A DNA stretch of 64,000 bases from the human T2T-CHM13v2.0 reference genome, Homo sapiens, in NCBI RefSeq assembly GCF_009914755.1, contig NC_060934.1, one strand, 5' to 3'. Numbering within the stretch: the stretch's first letter is position 1; each line of letters starts with the position of its first letter. Position numbers and translations under genes: made by a program. This document shows positions 14,818-29,120 of the stretch, piece after piece. The notes under the pieces were generated by a model. It did no database searches. It was not told the DNA's origin and saw nothing but the letters and a program-made list of their open reading frames with translations.

Positions 14818-14970
14818 CATCCATCCATCCATCCATCCATCCATCCATCCATCCATCCATCCAACCATCCATCCATCTATCCATCCATCCATCCATCTAT
14901 CCATCCACCCATCCATCCATCCATCCATCCACCCATCCATCCATCCATCCATCCACCCATCCATCCATCC
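14818..14970. repeat. (CCAT)n tetranucleotide microsatellite
   Basis: About 38 CCAT-type units with variants. Confidence 0.97.
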
Positions 14971-15289
14971 AGTATTTTAATACACACATTCTGTAGACCT
15001 CTGGCCTGGCCTAAGTGCTAAGACGGAGGCCATGGGCTGCAAGGAAGTAGGAAAGAAAAGTAGAAGCAAAGACTCCCTTCTCCAGGGGCCTGTGTTTAAC
15101 AGGAACAGTAGAGAAGACAATCAGGCAATGACTTAACAACATCACAAAAGGACCTTGAAAGCCATGCCCTTGTAACCATTTGACATCACATTCTAGCACT
15201 TACCCAAACCCCTGCCTGCCTCATCCCTGGCTTGCTAACCCCCAGCCTTTGAGAACCTGCCCTTGTTGTGTTAATCCCCTGAGTTCCCC

Positions 15290-15890
15290 CATGCCCAGCA
15301 TTGTGCTGGCCCATGTAAGCAATCAGATAATTAGTACTTACTATGTCCATACATCCAAGTATTTATTGAGCATCCACAATGTACCAGGCACTGGGAGAGG
15401 ATACTGAGCAAAACAGAGCTCTGCCCCCTTAAATTGTTTAGTCTTGAACTGGATGGTTTTGGGAAGCAAGACACAAGAGTCAGATGTGAATTTAAAATTG
15501 CAGCTGTGACAAGAGGAAGCAAGGCTTTCCACAAGCAGGGGGATCTGAGAAGGCCTCTCAGAGGAAGTCATTTGGGATCTGAAAGGGGAGCAGAAGGTCA
15601 CCAGGTGAACAGCACTCCAGGTGGGACAGGGGCTCCACCTGTGCAAAAGCAAAAGGGAAAAGAGAGGAAGAAAGAGAAGAAAAGAGGTGGAGAAAGAGGG
15701 AGGACAGGAGCCTGAAAGCAGGCAGTGTGGCTGGGAGGGGGAGGCTCTAGACTGAAGCAGAGGCTGGTAGGGCCTGATAGCCAAGATCAGGAGTGTACTT
15801 TATCCGAGAGTGGTAGGAAGCCGTGGGAGTAATTTAAACATGGAAGGGACATGATCAGTTTTTGTTTCAAAGACATCTCCTTGAAGAAAT
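15290..15890 (-). mobile_element. L2 remnant
   Basis: AAGTATTTATTGAGCATCC...AATGTACCAGGCACTG; AAGGGACATGATCAGTTT motifs. Confidence 0.65.
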
Positions 15891-16031
15891 GAGGTGCAGG
15901 TCAGTCTGTGTAGTTTGAGCTTATCATACAATACGGTATGTCTGGGACTGGGATGGGGGCTGGTTTTCTTCCTCTACTTTAGATTTAGATATTTCTGCAA
16001 TCTTTTCTTTTCTTTTCTTTTAAGAAGTGAG

Positions 16032-16450
16032 TGCCAGGTGCGGTTGCTCACACCTGTAATCCCAACACTTTGGGAGGCTGAGGCAGGTGGATCCTTTGAG
16101 CCCAGTAGTTCTGACCAGTCTGGGTAACATAGCAAAACCCCATCTCTACTAAAATTTTAAAAAACTAGCTTGGTGTGGTGGCACCTACCTATAGTCCCAG
16201 CTACTTGGGAGACTGAGGTGGGAGGATCACTTGAGCTGGAAGGCAGAGGTTGCAGTGAGCCAAGATTGCCTCACTGAACTCCAGCCTGGGCGACAGAGTG
16301 ACGCCTTGTTTTGAAAACAAAAAAAAAAATAATAATAGGGTCTCTCACTATGTTGCCAACGCTGGGTTCTAACTCCTGGGCTCAAACAATCCCCCCACCT
16401 CAGCCTCCCAAGTAGCTGGGACTATAGTAGTGAACCACTGAGCCCAGCTT
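16032..16450. mobile_element. Plus-strand Alu (16032-16336) abutting a minus-strand FLAM monomer (16338-16450)
   Basis: Two oppositely oriented Alu sequences almost adjacent. Confidence 0.85.
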
Positions 16451-18453
16451 GTAATATTTTTTTTAACAGTAAACCTGTGTTGCTTTTATTAGAAAAAAAT
16501 GATACTAAGAATTGGAAAATGACAGAACAGCTTGGGGAAGGGCAGGAGAGGAGACTAGAGAGCTCTGGCCAGCCCAGGGTGGTGCAAAACACCAAAACAG
16601 GCAGAGTGGGTGGAGCTGGGCATTGGAGCTTGAGGGTAAGCTGGGTTTGTCTGAGGGGCTCTGTCTTCCAGGAGCTCACCTTTTCAAAAGGTGTGAGGGA
16701 AGGAAGGAGGCTATAGGCCCAATAAGCAGTTGGCATTTCCTGACAATTGTTTCAAACACAAAGCCAGCAGGAGCTGCTCCCAGCGAGCCCCGCTTCTCCC
16801 CATAATCTAGCCTTGGGTAACAGGCTTCTCCCAGGAGATCACTGTTCTCAGTCCCTGGCAAGAGCTGGCCCCATGGGGAGTGCTTTGTTGATAGTGCCCA
16901 GTGCCCAGCAACCAGGCTGGGTTTGGGAAGGAGGCTGGAGTCTTCAGGAGGAAGGTCCTGCCCAAGATGGTGCAGAGGGTGAGTGAATGGGGGAGCCCAG
17001 GTGGGCCTTCCTTTAGCCCCAGCCCTTTAGGCTGCTCCAGAGGAGCCTTCGCCCCTTTCCCCAGAGCACAGGCTGATCTGTCAGCCAAGGAGTGGAAAGG
17101 AGAACATGGAGGTTCTTCCTGCCACTTGGATCCTACCCTGCTATGTGATCTTTGAGAAGTCACCAGGGTTGCCCACCCAAGGGTGCAGAGGCCAGAGATC
17201 CACGTGCTCCAACCCTGTTGGAGGTGGGAGTCTGTCAGGCTTTCTGCAAGTCTCACAGCTGTGTGTGGAGGGGAGACAAAGCATCCAGCAGCCTGGCTGG
17301 GGTTCTTCAGGTTTGGGCCCTCCTGGAAGAGGAGCCGGGCTCCTCATGGGAATTGCGCTCCTGGGGAGGGAGGAGGGCAGGAACACCTGGAAGGGCTGTT
17401 GGTTACCTCAGACCCCCAAACCTGGGAGCTACATCCCAGATCTCATATTTTGGAAATCAGGGGAAGATGGATGGGGAGTTTTAGAAGTCTGACAGTTCTA
17501 GTTTCACACCCAGATCTGCCTCAGTTTCCTCTTCTGGAAAATGGACATGATGCTGCCTCCATCTCCTAGCATGGCTATTGGGATTGAATGGGAAATCTTG
17601 GCAGAGAGCCAGGTGCATAGTTCTGCTCCCTCACCTCTGTAACCTATTTCCACCTCCCCACTCCCGCCCCGACTGCCCGTGTCCAGAAACCCAAATTCTG
17701 ACCCAGCGGCCAGGGGCAGGCCCTGGGTGGGCCACTTCCCTCTCTGGGTTTCAGTTTCCTCTTTGTATGAAACTGGGAGCTCTGTGGAAAGGCCAAAGGC
17801 AGGAATAGTAATCATTTCTGATCTGCAAGCAGTTTTACCCTCACACGAGGTAAAGGCACAGCACAGGCTCGGTCATGGGCTGAAATGAAGATGTGCACCA
17901 TAAAATCCCGGTGGCTGAATTAGTTGTGTCTTCCATGACAGCCAGTAGCAAAGGAAGGTTTCGGGCTTTCAGCCACACATGAAACGTCCTGGTTGCCTCG
18001 GCCTAGCCGAGATTAGACATTTCCTGGGAGGAGTGGTGGGTTAGTGGAGGGAGGTGGGGGTAGTTAGGGGAGGTGGGGGTAGTTAGGGAAGCTGGAGAGG
18101 GTCATCTGGGAGGAGGGGGCTAGGCCCCAGAGAGATGGCTGAGGAGTAACCCCTGAGCTGTTTTCCTCATCTTCACTCTGTAGAAACCTACTTTCAACAG
18201 AATATTAGCACAAATGCAAAAGGATATATGCAAGAGCAAGACTAGCACAGGATTGCCTGTCTTGGTAAAATGGAAGGCAACCCACAAAAACATACACAGC
18301 ACACTGCCAAAGATATCTAGAGCAAACTGGAATGTGGCCCATGGTACATTATTGTATGAAAAAGCAAGTCACAGAATTGAAAGTACAGTGTGATCTTATT
18401 TTATTACTATATATGCATTATATTCATATACTGTAACTGAATGTAATACTTGA

Positions 18454-18797
<344 letters not shown>

Positions 18798-19309
18798 CCC
18801 CATGCACATTTAAAGCATGGAAAATAAAATCCTGGAAGGACACATGGCAAACTGTTAACAGCATTTACCTCTAAGGTAGAAAAAAGATCTTAAATTTTTT
18901 CTTTTATACTTCTGCACTGTTTGAATCTCTTAAAATTAGCACATACTATATATGATGAACACCCCCTCCCAAATAAATATGAAAGGGGCTGGAAGGGGTC
19001 AGGTGGTCAACTCTCTCCAAGGTGCAACCAGAGGTAGCTGAGACTAACATGACATAGGTCCCTGTTGGAGGACGATGCCCCCAGTAAACCCAAATTAATT
19101 GAGTGACACCATAAAAAAACAGAATAGGGAGGAGTGGGGAAGACCAGTCCCTTTCCTTGTGTCCAGGGATCCCACCCATCTACACCTCCATCCTCCAGTG
19201 CCTGGCTAAGGCCCTCCTTAGTGCCCGGGCACAGACTGTGCTCTTCGGAGATGGCTCAAGTGGGCTGTGTGCTTAGGGAGATGGGGCACATGACTGTTAA
19301 CTACTTTAA

Positions 19310-19629
<320 letters not shown>

Positions 19630-21432
19630 TGAATGTTTCTGAAGCATGCTGTTTCTTCATTCTGGAATATTCACTAAAAGAGCCCCTACGAATAATTAAC
19701 CCAGTAGTAATAATAATGCCCACCATTTGTCATTCTTTCTATGTGCTCTGTACATTACACGTGCATCTCAGTTTATCCCAATCAGTAGGCGGTTCCATCC
19801 TTCAATTTCATTTTACAAATGAAGAAACCAAAGCTCACAGGGGACATGTAACTTGCCGAAGTTCACATAGCCACAGAGGGCAGAAGCTGAATTCAAACCA
19901 CTCACTCTGACTCAGCATCCACCTCAGAGCAGCCATTCAGTGGCCTCTTGTGACACATAAAGCAAGAAGATACCAGTGAGTTTTTGGACCATGTCTTCTT
20001 GGTAAAGTTACCATTAGTCTGACCACAGATGTTTCTCAAGAAGCAGTGAAGGGGTTGGTTTGGTGATGTCAGTGGCCGGGGTCAGATGAACCAAACCATT
20101 GCTAGGCTGTGATGTCTGAGGCTGCCCACGAACTGGTTATTGCCCAGATTTAAAAGAAAGGTGGAAAAAATTATCCTAGTCTACCATATGGCTCAGCCAG
20201 CCATAGTGTTTACATAGTCAGAAAAGGTCAACACAGAATAGCGATATAATCAAAATTACCCTCTACGGTGTGGCTGTATTGGGAAGAGAGAGGCGGGGGT
20301 GGGTGTGAGGCAACAGGAGCTAAAAGAACTCCTCGTCTCCCAGGGCAGGAAATCAAGAAAAAACTCCTAAAACTACACAGATCAAGAAGAAACTATGTGA
20401 GATGTTATTTAGAGACATGAAAGTGAACATTCCAAAGAATCCGTTTCAAGAGTCGAAAGTGGCCACCCTGGAGATGGGTCAGGGCTGCAGTTGTTCATGA
20501 CTAACTTTGTACATTTCTGAGAAATCTATGCTTATGTGTAACTTCTCTTAAAATAAAAAATTTAATAAAATCCAAAGCAAAAACAAACAGAGCAATTCTG
20601 GCCCCATTTGGGGAGGGAGTGGGCTGTGATTACGAGAATGAGGGCCCAGCGGGTGGGGATTCCTCTGTCAGGCATGCAACGGGAAGCTGGTGGGGTCTTG
20701 GCAAGGCTTTGGTGGAGAGACGTCATTGGAATGGTGACCTCATTTGGAACCGGTGAGGGCAGGAGAAGGTAGAAGGGTTAAAAAGAAGAAGAACCACCAA
20801 AGGAGAAGAAAAGGAAGCCTGGTCATTCTACAGCCAAGGTCATACTCCCAGGAGACCTACGGCCTTTTGTCGGGGTTACACAAATGTAAAACAAAGGTGT
20901 GGTCTCTCCACTAAATGGGGAAGTTTCCACCAGGAGGCCAGTGTGTCATTGAGTAATGTGAATAGTGGAACCCATCCCCAGCTAGTCAGGCCCACACATT
21001 CCATACCAGGACCCACGGGCCTCGGGGGTAGAGGCAGGAAGGTAGCATTTGTCTATTGTGAGAACAAGCAGCTTATGTAGACATCAAAGGTCTCAGGATA
21101 GCGTATATTCTTCCAGATCTGTGAGGCCCAAACACACACACATGGAGGAGGATCCCAGGGTCTCAGCCCCTCCCCAGATTCTCAAGACTCAGGCCTTGTC
21201 CCCTCTCCCATGGGGGTCCTATTGAAAGGAATCCAGAGACCCTGGGAGAATCTGAGTAGGAAGAGGGAACTGGACTTACTGCCATAGGCCCAGGCCTGGG
21301 TCAGGACTGTGTCTCTCTGGAAAAGCCACTCTCTTGGGAACTGAGAAAGCCCAGAGCTTGGGCCCAGAGCAGCCCAGGCCTTGACTGGCCTGCCTGTTCC
21401 GTCCTCCTGTCTTCTCCAGGAAGCATTTTCTC

Positions 21433-21436
21433 CTTC

Positions 21437-21491
<55 letters not shown>

Positions 21492-21529
21492 TTTTCCTTC
21501 CTTCCTTTCTTTCTTCCTTTCTTTCTTTC

Positions 21530-21561
<32 letters not shown>

Positions 21562-21972
21562 TCCTTTCTTTCTTCCTTCCTTCCTTTCTTTCTTTCTTTC
21601 TTTCTTTTCTTTCTTTCTTTTTCTTTCTTTCTCTTTCTCTCTCTCTTTCTTTCTCTCTCTTTCTTTTTTCTCTTTTCTTTTTTTTTTTTTGAGACAGAGT
21701 TTTGCTCTGTCACCCAGGCTAGAGTTCAGTGGTGCAATCTTGGCTCACTGCAACCTCTGCCTCCTGGGTTCAAGCGGTTCTCCTGCCTCAGCCTCCCGAG
21801 GAGCTAGTATTACAGGCATGTGCCACTGCGCTTGGCAAATTTTTGTATTTTTTAGTAGAGACAGAGTTTCAGCATGTTGGCCAGGCTGGTCTTGAACTCC
21901 TGACTTGAGGTGATCTGTCCACCTCAGCCTCCCAAAGTGCTGGGATTACAGGTGTGAGCCACTGCACCCAGC
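21433..21972 (-). mobile_element. AluS with ~255-bp (TTTC)n tail
   Basis: TSD CCAGGAAGCATTTTCTC at 21416-21432 and 21973-21989. Confidence 0.93.
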
Positions 21973-22088
21973 CCAGGAAGCATTTTCTCGATGAGCTCAC
22001 CAACTCACACCCTGCCTTTACATAACTAGTGTCTCAGTGTTCTGACCTCCAGATATTTGGTCTATAGAGGACACCTCAGCCTGTCTGA

Positions 22089-22507
<419 letters not shown>

Positions 22508-24032
22508 TGAGGCCCAATTTCCTCATCTGAGAACGTTAGGATGAAAACTCACTCCCAAGAGTTGCGAGGCTCAAAAGTGCTACCCTGGGTTAAGCACTGG
22601 CCCAAAGTGGAACTGGATTGGAAGAATGGTTAAGACTCAGGCTAGGATGGGGTTGGAGGGAGGCAGGGCCTTGGCAGCCCTCTCCCTTGCAGCAGTGATT
22701 TTTATTAAGGCAGGAACTGGACTGGACACACTCAGACAATCACCTTCATGCTGGAGATGTGGCTGGCGCTGGCAAAACCTCTGTGAGATGCTGACTCAGG
22801 ACAGGTGCCGCTGAGGCCCTTTAGGAAACAGAATTCCACCCATTAGAACCCCTTCAAATGGGGAAGCAGCTAAGTTTGTAGTCCCGCTTCAGGTAGGTTT
22901 GGAGGGGTTTCTCATTCTCTCTCAATTTGAGTTCAGATGCAGATGCCTCCTGGGAACTGAAACCCCTCCTATGCTTGGCCTGTATCTTGTTTGGATGCTG
23001 CTGTGTCTTGTAGCCATGCCACTGGGGTCACCAGCCAGGGCACATCATTGTCACACAGCCTCCAGCTTCCCAATTCTGACCCTTACCTGCAAAGCCCTCC
23101 CTCTGTCCCCTGGGGCTCACCAACACTGTTTCCCATCTCCCTTTTTCTTTCATCTTCACCACAGCCTGGGACAGATGTCAGGGAGGGATAATTATCTACA
23201 TTTTAGAGAGGAACAAACTGATCCAGAGAAGTAGAGTGACTCACTGTTCTTGCCTGGCTGGATCTAGTCATCTCCTAACCCAGCTACCATCTCTCTAATC
23301 CACCCAGCCCTGTCACCTGTCACCAGGGTTACCTTCTTAAAGCCAATGCCCCATTCAGACTTCTGGCTATTTTCCAGTGAGCACCCAGTAAAGAGTCCCC
23401 AGCTGCCCTCTCCTGCGTCATCACTCCCGTGTCCCTTTCTACACCCCATGCTGTGACCACATCAGCCCACTCACTCTTCCTACTATATGTTCTCCCCATC
23501 TCAGTGGCTCCCCTCATGCTGCATTCTCTGCCTGGTATTCTCTCCCTTCCCTCCCTTCCTTCTCTGAATGTCAAAGTTGAATTCCTCCACCAGGGTCCAG
23601 CTCAAATGTTACCGCCTGCTTTGGAGCCTCCCCCGCCAGTCCCCAGTAAGCATGAATCTCTTCTTTCTCTGCACTCGCTGAGTGCTTGGCTTTTACCTGC
23701 CCTGGTGCATCGATTTCATTCCACCTGGAGCTAGCGGTGTTTTGCACCATTTGCCTCCCCCAGGGTCTGTAAGCAACTTCAGACCCAGAACCCCAACTTA
23801 GTCATTGTGTTCTATGACCTTGGCAAGTAACTTGACCTTTTCTGGGCTATAAAATGGGGATGACAGCAGCTTTACCAGGGTAGGATAAGGATTGAACAAA
23901 TCACCAAGGTCAGTGCTTGGTGAATGATGGGGGACGATGATTGTGAAGCCAGTCAGAGCCAGCTGTGGCTGAGTCTTCTGAGCCCAGAAACTTGTTTCTG
24001 TTCACTTCCTTCCTTCCCCAAAAAGGCATTAA

Positions 24033-24366
<334 letters not shown>

Positions 24367-24384
24367 AGACTGTTGTGATTCTTA

Positions 24385-24570
24385 AAGGCAGCTACACACT
24401 AGAATCATCGGCGAGCTGTTGCATCAGAATCCCTTGAGGAACTGGCTGAAAATTTAGATTACTGGGCCTTACCCTGGACCTTCTAAATCAGATTTCCAGG
24501 GTGGAGCCCAGGAACCTGCATTTTTAACAAGCTTCCTAGGGGATTCTGCTGCAACAGTTCTGGCCACACT
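24385..24570. mobile_element. MER5A-like hAT MITE
   Basis: CATCAGAATC...GGAACCTGCATTTTTAACAAGCTTCC motifs. Confidence 0.7.
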
Positions 24571-25399
24571 GGGCCATAGGAAAGACAGAGGGTAGCTGGG
24601 GTGGGACATGATGATCACACCTTCCCCTTTGCTTAGGTGATCGTGGAAGTGGCTTTGGGGGATAACAGTGCCCACAGCCAGCCACCAGTACTCTTCATCT
24701 AGCTCCTCTTTGAGCCCTAGTCCAAGGCTAGGGTAACAGGGCTGGTCAGTAGCCAGACTTGGTTACTAGATTCGCAACTGGCAAAGCACCTGACCCAGTC
24801 TGGGTGCTCGGCAAATATTTGTGGAACCAACTGAATTCCCCTGGGGCTGGCTCTGGCAGGGGACCTGTGACCTAGCCTGCTGGGCTAGACCCTAGCCCCT
24901 GCTCCTCCTTCTGGGCCTGGCTGCCTCCCCAAGGAGCCAGCAGGGAGAGGTTTGACTGGTTCCATGGGGAGGAAACCACTGCGGCTCAGCCCAGGGAGCC
25001 GCACCCTGAGGAAGGAGAGCTGGGGCAGGAGTAAACATCTGGAGACCCCGTCCTCCCACCAGCAGTAGAGGAGGACCTCCGTCAGCAAGGATCTACTGAG
25101 CTGAGACCCAGTGAGCTGAGTCTTAGTGCTCACTCAGGGCTTCTCAATCCCAGCTGCACATAGAATATTGGAAAATATTCAGAAAGTACCACTCTTGGGC
25201 CCACCTCCAACCAATGGAATCAGAATCTCTGGGATGATGCCTGAGAATTGATACATCTGGAAAGCAGCACGAGCGATTCTGTTGTATGGCTAGAACTGAA
25301 AAACTGCCCGGCCAGCTGGCCTTTCTTTTACTCTCCTTTTGCCCCCCAATGCTTTGTAGTCTGACGTTGCTCAGAAATTTAACAGTAAAAAATCACAGC

Positions 25400-26150
25400 T
25401 CATAACTGGTGAGCCCTTCTGTGTGCCAGGGCCACACTGGTTACTGCAGATAGAGCAGTGAATGTGCCCCTGCCTTCACAGAAGCCACTCGCAGAGAAGA
25501 CTAGCAGAGAAGGCAGGCTAGCAAACAAAGCATCAGAATAGAGTGTTCTGGGGGTGTCCAAGAGGAGCCCCCACTTCAGAGCCTGAGGGTTGGTAGGGAT
25601 GAGGGGAGGCTTTCTGGAGGAAGTGGAGCCTAGGTGGAGGTCTGAGGACAGGTAGAACGGGTAGAGGTAAGCCTGGGGAAGGTGAGGTGGGAGGAGTGAG
25701 GAAGGCAGACGGAACAGCCTGTGCTAGCAAGAAGAGCCCCAAGCAAGAAGGAGCTCGATTCACGTTCAGATCTCAGATCGGCTGCAGTGTGGATGGAGGG
25801 ATTCCCACAGGAGGGATTAGACCTGGGAAAGGGGACAGGGCTAGATCGCACAGAGGTCTGTATGCCAGTAAGGCAATTTTGATCCTAAAAATAAGAAGCC
25901 AGTGATGGATTTAGAAGATGGGAGAGTAGAGATGGACAAGAGTGGAGCTGTGTTTCCTCTGCGGCTAGGTGCAAAATGGATTGGAGAAGGGAAAGTGGAG
26001 GCAGGAGACCAGCCAGGAGGAGAGCTGTCTGGCCTGGGAGACGAGGGCCACCTGGCTCAGGTGGCAATGAAAGGGTGCAGACAAATTGAGGCGCTACAGA
26101 GGAAGTGGCTTTAACAGGGCTTAGTGACTCACAGGAGAAGGGACAGGCAG
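25400..26150 (-). mobile_element. L2 remnants
   Basis: GGAGGCTTTCTGGAGGAAGTG; GGAGGCAGGAGACCAG motifs. Confidence 0.6.
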
Positions 26151-26246
26151 GAGTGCCCAGTATTATGGGCTGAACTGTACACCCCCAGAATTCACTTTTT
26201 GAAGCCCTAACCCCCAGTGCCCCAAATGTGATGGTATTTGGATATA

Positions 26247-26308
26247 TTAGTTTGGTGCAAAAGTAATTGCGGATCTTGCCATTACTTTCAATTACTTTTG
26301 CACCATAA
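26247..26308. mobile_element. MADE1 (Hsmar1 mariner MITE), internally deleted
   Basis: TA-flanked inverted repeat TGGTGCAAAAGTAATTG...CAATTACTTTTGCACCA. Confidence 0.88.
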
Positions 26309-26397
26309 TAGAAGCTTTGAAGAGGTGATTAAATTAAAACAAGGCTGTTACAGTGGACCTTAATCCAATCTGACTAGTGTCTTTATAAGAAGAGGAA

Positions 26398-26684
26398 TTA
26401 TTATTTTTTTTTTTTTGAGATGTAGTTTCCCTCTTGTTGCCCAGGCTGGAGTGCAGTGGTACAATCTCAGCTCACTGCAACCTCTGCCTCCTAGTCCAAG
26501 CGAGTTTCCTGCCTCAGCTAGGATTACAGCCGCCCACCACCATACTCGGCTAATTTTTGTATTTTTAGTAGAGACGGGGTTTCACCATGTCAGCCAGGCT
26601 GGTCTCCAACTCCTGACCTCAGGTGATCCACCTGCCTCGGCCTCCCAAAGTGTGGAATTACAGGTGTGAGCCACCATGCCCAGC
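26398..26684 (-). mobile_element. AluS with small internal deletions
   Basis: Dimer; GAAGAGGAA on both flanks. Confidence 0.9.
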
Positions 26685-26995
26685 TGAAGAGGAAATTTGG
26701 ACACACAGAGAGACATCAGGGGTGCACATGCACAGAGGAAAGGCCATGTGAGGATGTGAGGACACAGCCAGACATTTGCAAGCCAAGAAGAGAGGCCTCA
26801 GGAGAAAGCAACCCTACCAACACATTGATCTTGGACTTCCAGCCTCCAGAACAGTGAGAAATACATTTCTGTTGTTTAGACCACCAGTCTGTGGTGTTTG
26901 TTACAGCAGCCCTAGCTGACTGATACACCCAGGATGAAGCTGAGGTTTCTAGTTTGCACAGCCAGGTGTGTGGGTACCATGTATTGAAGGGGGAG

Positions 26996-27398
26996 TGATA
27001 TAGTTTGGATCTGTGTCCCTGCCCAAATCTCATGTTGAATTGTAATACCCAGTATTGGAGGGAGTGATGGGATCATGGGGGTGAATTTCTCATGAATGGT
27101 TTAGCACCATCCCCTTGGTGCCGCCTTCATGGTAGTGAGTGTGTTCTCAGGAGATCTGGTCCCTTAAAATTGTGTAGCACCTCCCCGCCCCCCGACTCCT
27201 ACTTGTGCCACATGATGTGCAAGCTCCTGCTTTGCCTTCCACCATGATTGGAAGCTTCCTAAGGCCTCCCCAGAAGCCGATGCCAGTGTTATGCTTCCTG
27301 TACAGCCTACAGAACCATGAGCCAATTAAACCTCTTTTCTTTGTAAATTATCCAGTCTCAGGTATTTCTTTATAGCAATGCGAGAATGGCCTAATACA
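26996..27398 (+). mobile_element. MaLR solo LTR (MSTA/MSTB-like)
   Basis: TGATATAGTTTGGATCTGTGTCCC...AATTAAACCTCTTTTCTTT...CTAATACA. Confidence 0.88.
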
Positions 27399-28009
27399 GG
27401 GCAGATGAGAGGTTGAGTTTGAAACCTGTTGTGTTAGAGGGGCTCAGTCACCAGTTGCACTGGCCACAGCTGCTCCTCTCCTGATGGCACAGAAAGGCAG
27501 CCACGTAGGTAGGGGATGGGAACCGGAGGTCTGGAGACCACGCTCTAGGTTTACCTGCACACTGTGTGGCATCGGAAAAGCCCTGCACCTGCTCGGGGGC
27601 CCTCCTGTAGCAGGACCGATTGGTCTTCCAGGTCCCAACAGGCCGGGCCTCCGAGGCCTATTCCCAGCAAGGTGCTCCTGGAACGACTTCAGCACCTCTC
27701 CAGGGAAGGTGCTGTTGTTCTTGGTTCTCCCATCCAGGATGTTAACCAGGAAGGGGGCCAGTGCCCCAGGAGGCCATGAAGTGCAAACAACTCTGAGTTG
27801 GCAGCAGTGCCCTGTTCCGCCCGCAGAGCCTCCCTGCAGGAATTTGGCTCCAATAGGTCCCCAGACACCCTCACCTCAGACCCAGGAGGCCCAGAGAGGA
27901 GCTCCCGGTGCCAGGGCTCAGAGAGAGCTGGCCCTACCAAGGCCTGTGCCTGCTCCTTCAAACACTTGGGCTTTCCCTCCTCGTCTCACACTCCAACATG
28001 CCCGACAGA

Positions 28010-28212
28010 TAGGACTGATAGATTCAGGGGGAAAAAACAAACAAACAAACAGGATGCCCAGTTAAATTTGAATTTCAGATAAACACCAAATAGTTTTTAA
28101 TATAAGTATTTTCCTTGTAATATTTGGGACATGCTTATTCTAAAAAAGTATTTGGTGTTTATCTGAAATTCAAATTTAACAAGGGTGTCCTATATTTTAT
28201 CTGGCATTCCTA
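28010..28212. mobile_element. MER53 palindromic hAT MITE
   Basis: Long inverted repeat GTTAAATTTGAATTTCAGATAAACACCAAATA / TATTTGGTGTTTATCTGAAATTCAAATTTAAC. Confidence 0.88.
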
Positions 28213-29078
28213 CCCAGAGAAGACCCCAGGAGTCATCCAGTGATCCCCAAAGAGGAATGGGGTGGTTCCTCTGCCCCCCAACTCAACCCACTTGCTTCAG
28301 CCAGAGGCTGATGACAACTTGTCATTTCCCAAATCCTTGTCAAGCTGCTCACCAGATGTTAGGGCTGGCTTTGGTGCCAAGGTATCTTTGGAAAGGTGTT
28401 GTGTCTAATTAACCTAATAAGTAGGTTGTAAGCTCTGACCGGAAGTGGTGGAGGATTCACCCTGACAGATGGGGAGGAGTGGGTCATGCCTGTTGCAGGC
28501 ACCTGCCCACAAGCTGCCGGCTGTGGCCTGCGGAAGGGCTAATGGGAGGCTTCAGCTTCACATGAGACACAGGGCAAGCAGAAGTTACACAACATCATAT
28601 TACCAGTGACAATAGCTGCCATTTATAGAGCCCTTACTATGCCAAGCATGGATCAAGCATTATCTCATTTAATCCTTACAACAATTCTAGCAGGCAGAAG
28701 CTGTTATTATCCCCATTTAATAGATGATCAAACTGAGGCCAAGAGGCTGAGTAACTTGCCCAAGTTCACATAGCTAGAAAGGGATAGAGACAGGAATTAA
28801 AACCCAGTACTTCAGACTCTGGACTCTGTGCTTCTAGCCACTGTCCCCTCCGTCCTTTCCCCCAACCCCAAATCGTTTTCAAGACATTTGGTGAATGACA
28901 TATACAGTACACGGAGAGATACAAGGAAATACCATTTATGATTCCATCAATGTTGATCAAGCATTTTCTGTATGTGAGACATTCTCCCTTTCCTCTGACC
29001 TCACGGACATCATAGTCTGGTAGGAGACACAGATATCAATAAATTATTGTATGAGAAACAGAACAAAAACAGTTCAAT

Positions 29079-29120
29079 GAAATATAATTGCTATTAAGGA
29101 AATATAATTGCTATTAAGGA
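29079..29120. repeat. 20-bp tandem duplication
   Basis: AATATAATTGCTATTAAGGA twice. Confidence 0.95.

Larger units (their letters stand above)
26161..26926 (+). mobile_element. MaLR solo LTR (MLT1B-like) containing MADE1 and an Alu
   Basis: TATTATGGGCTGAAC...GACTGATACA, with CCCAG on both flanks. Confidence 0.85.

Noticed and set aside
14746-14964. MDGW-repeat protein
   Set aside because: Translation of the (CCAT)n microsatellite.
27484-28065. 193-aa ORF
   Set aside because: No recognisable domain; Pro/Gly-rich chance ORF in GC-rich DNA that ends inside MER53.
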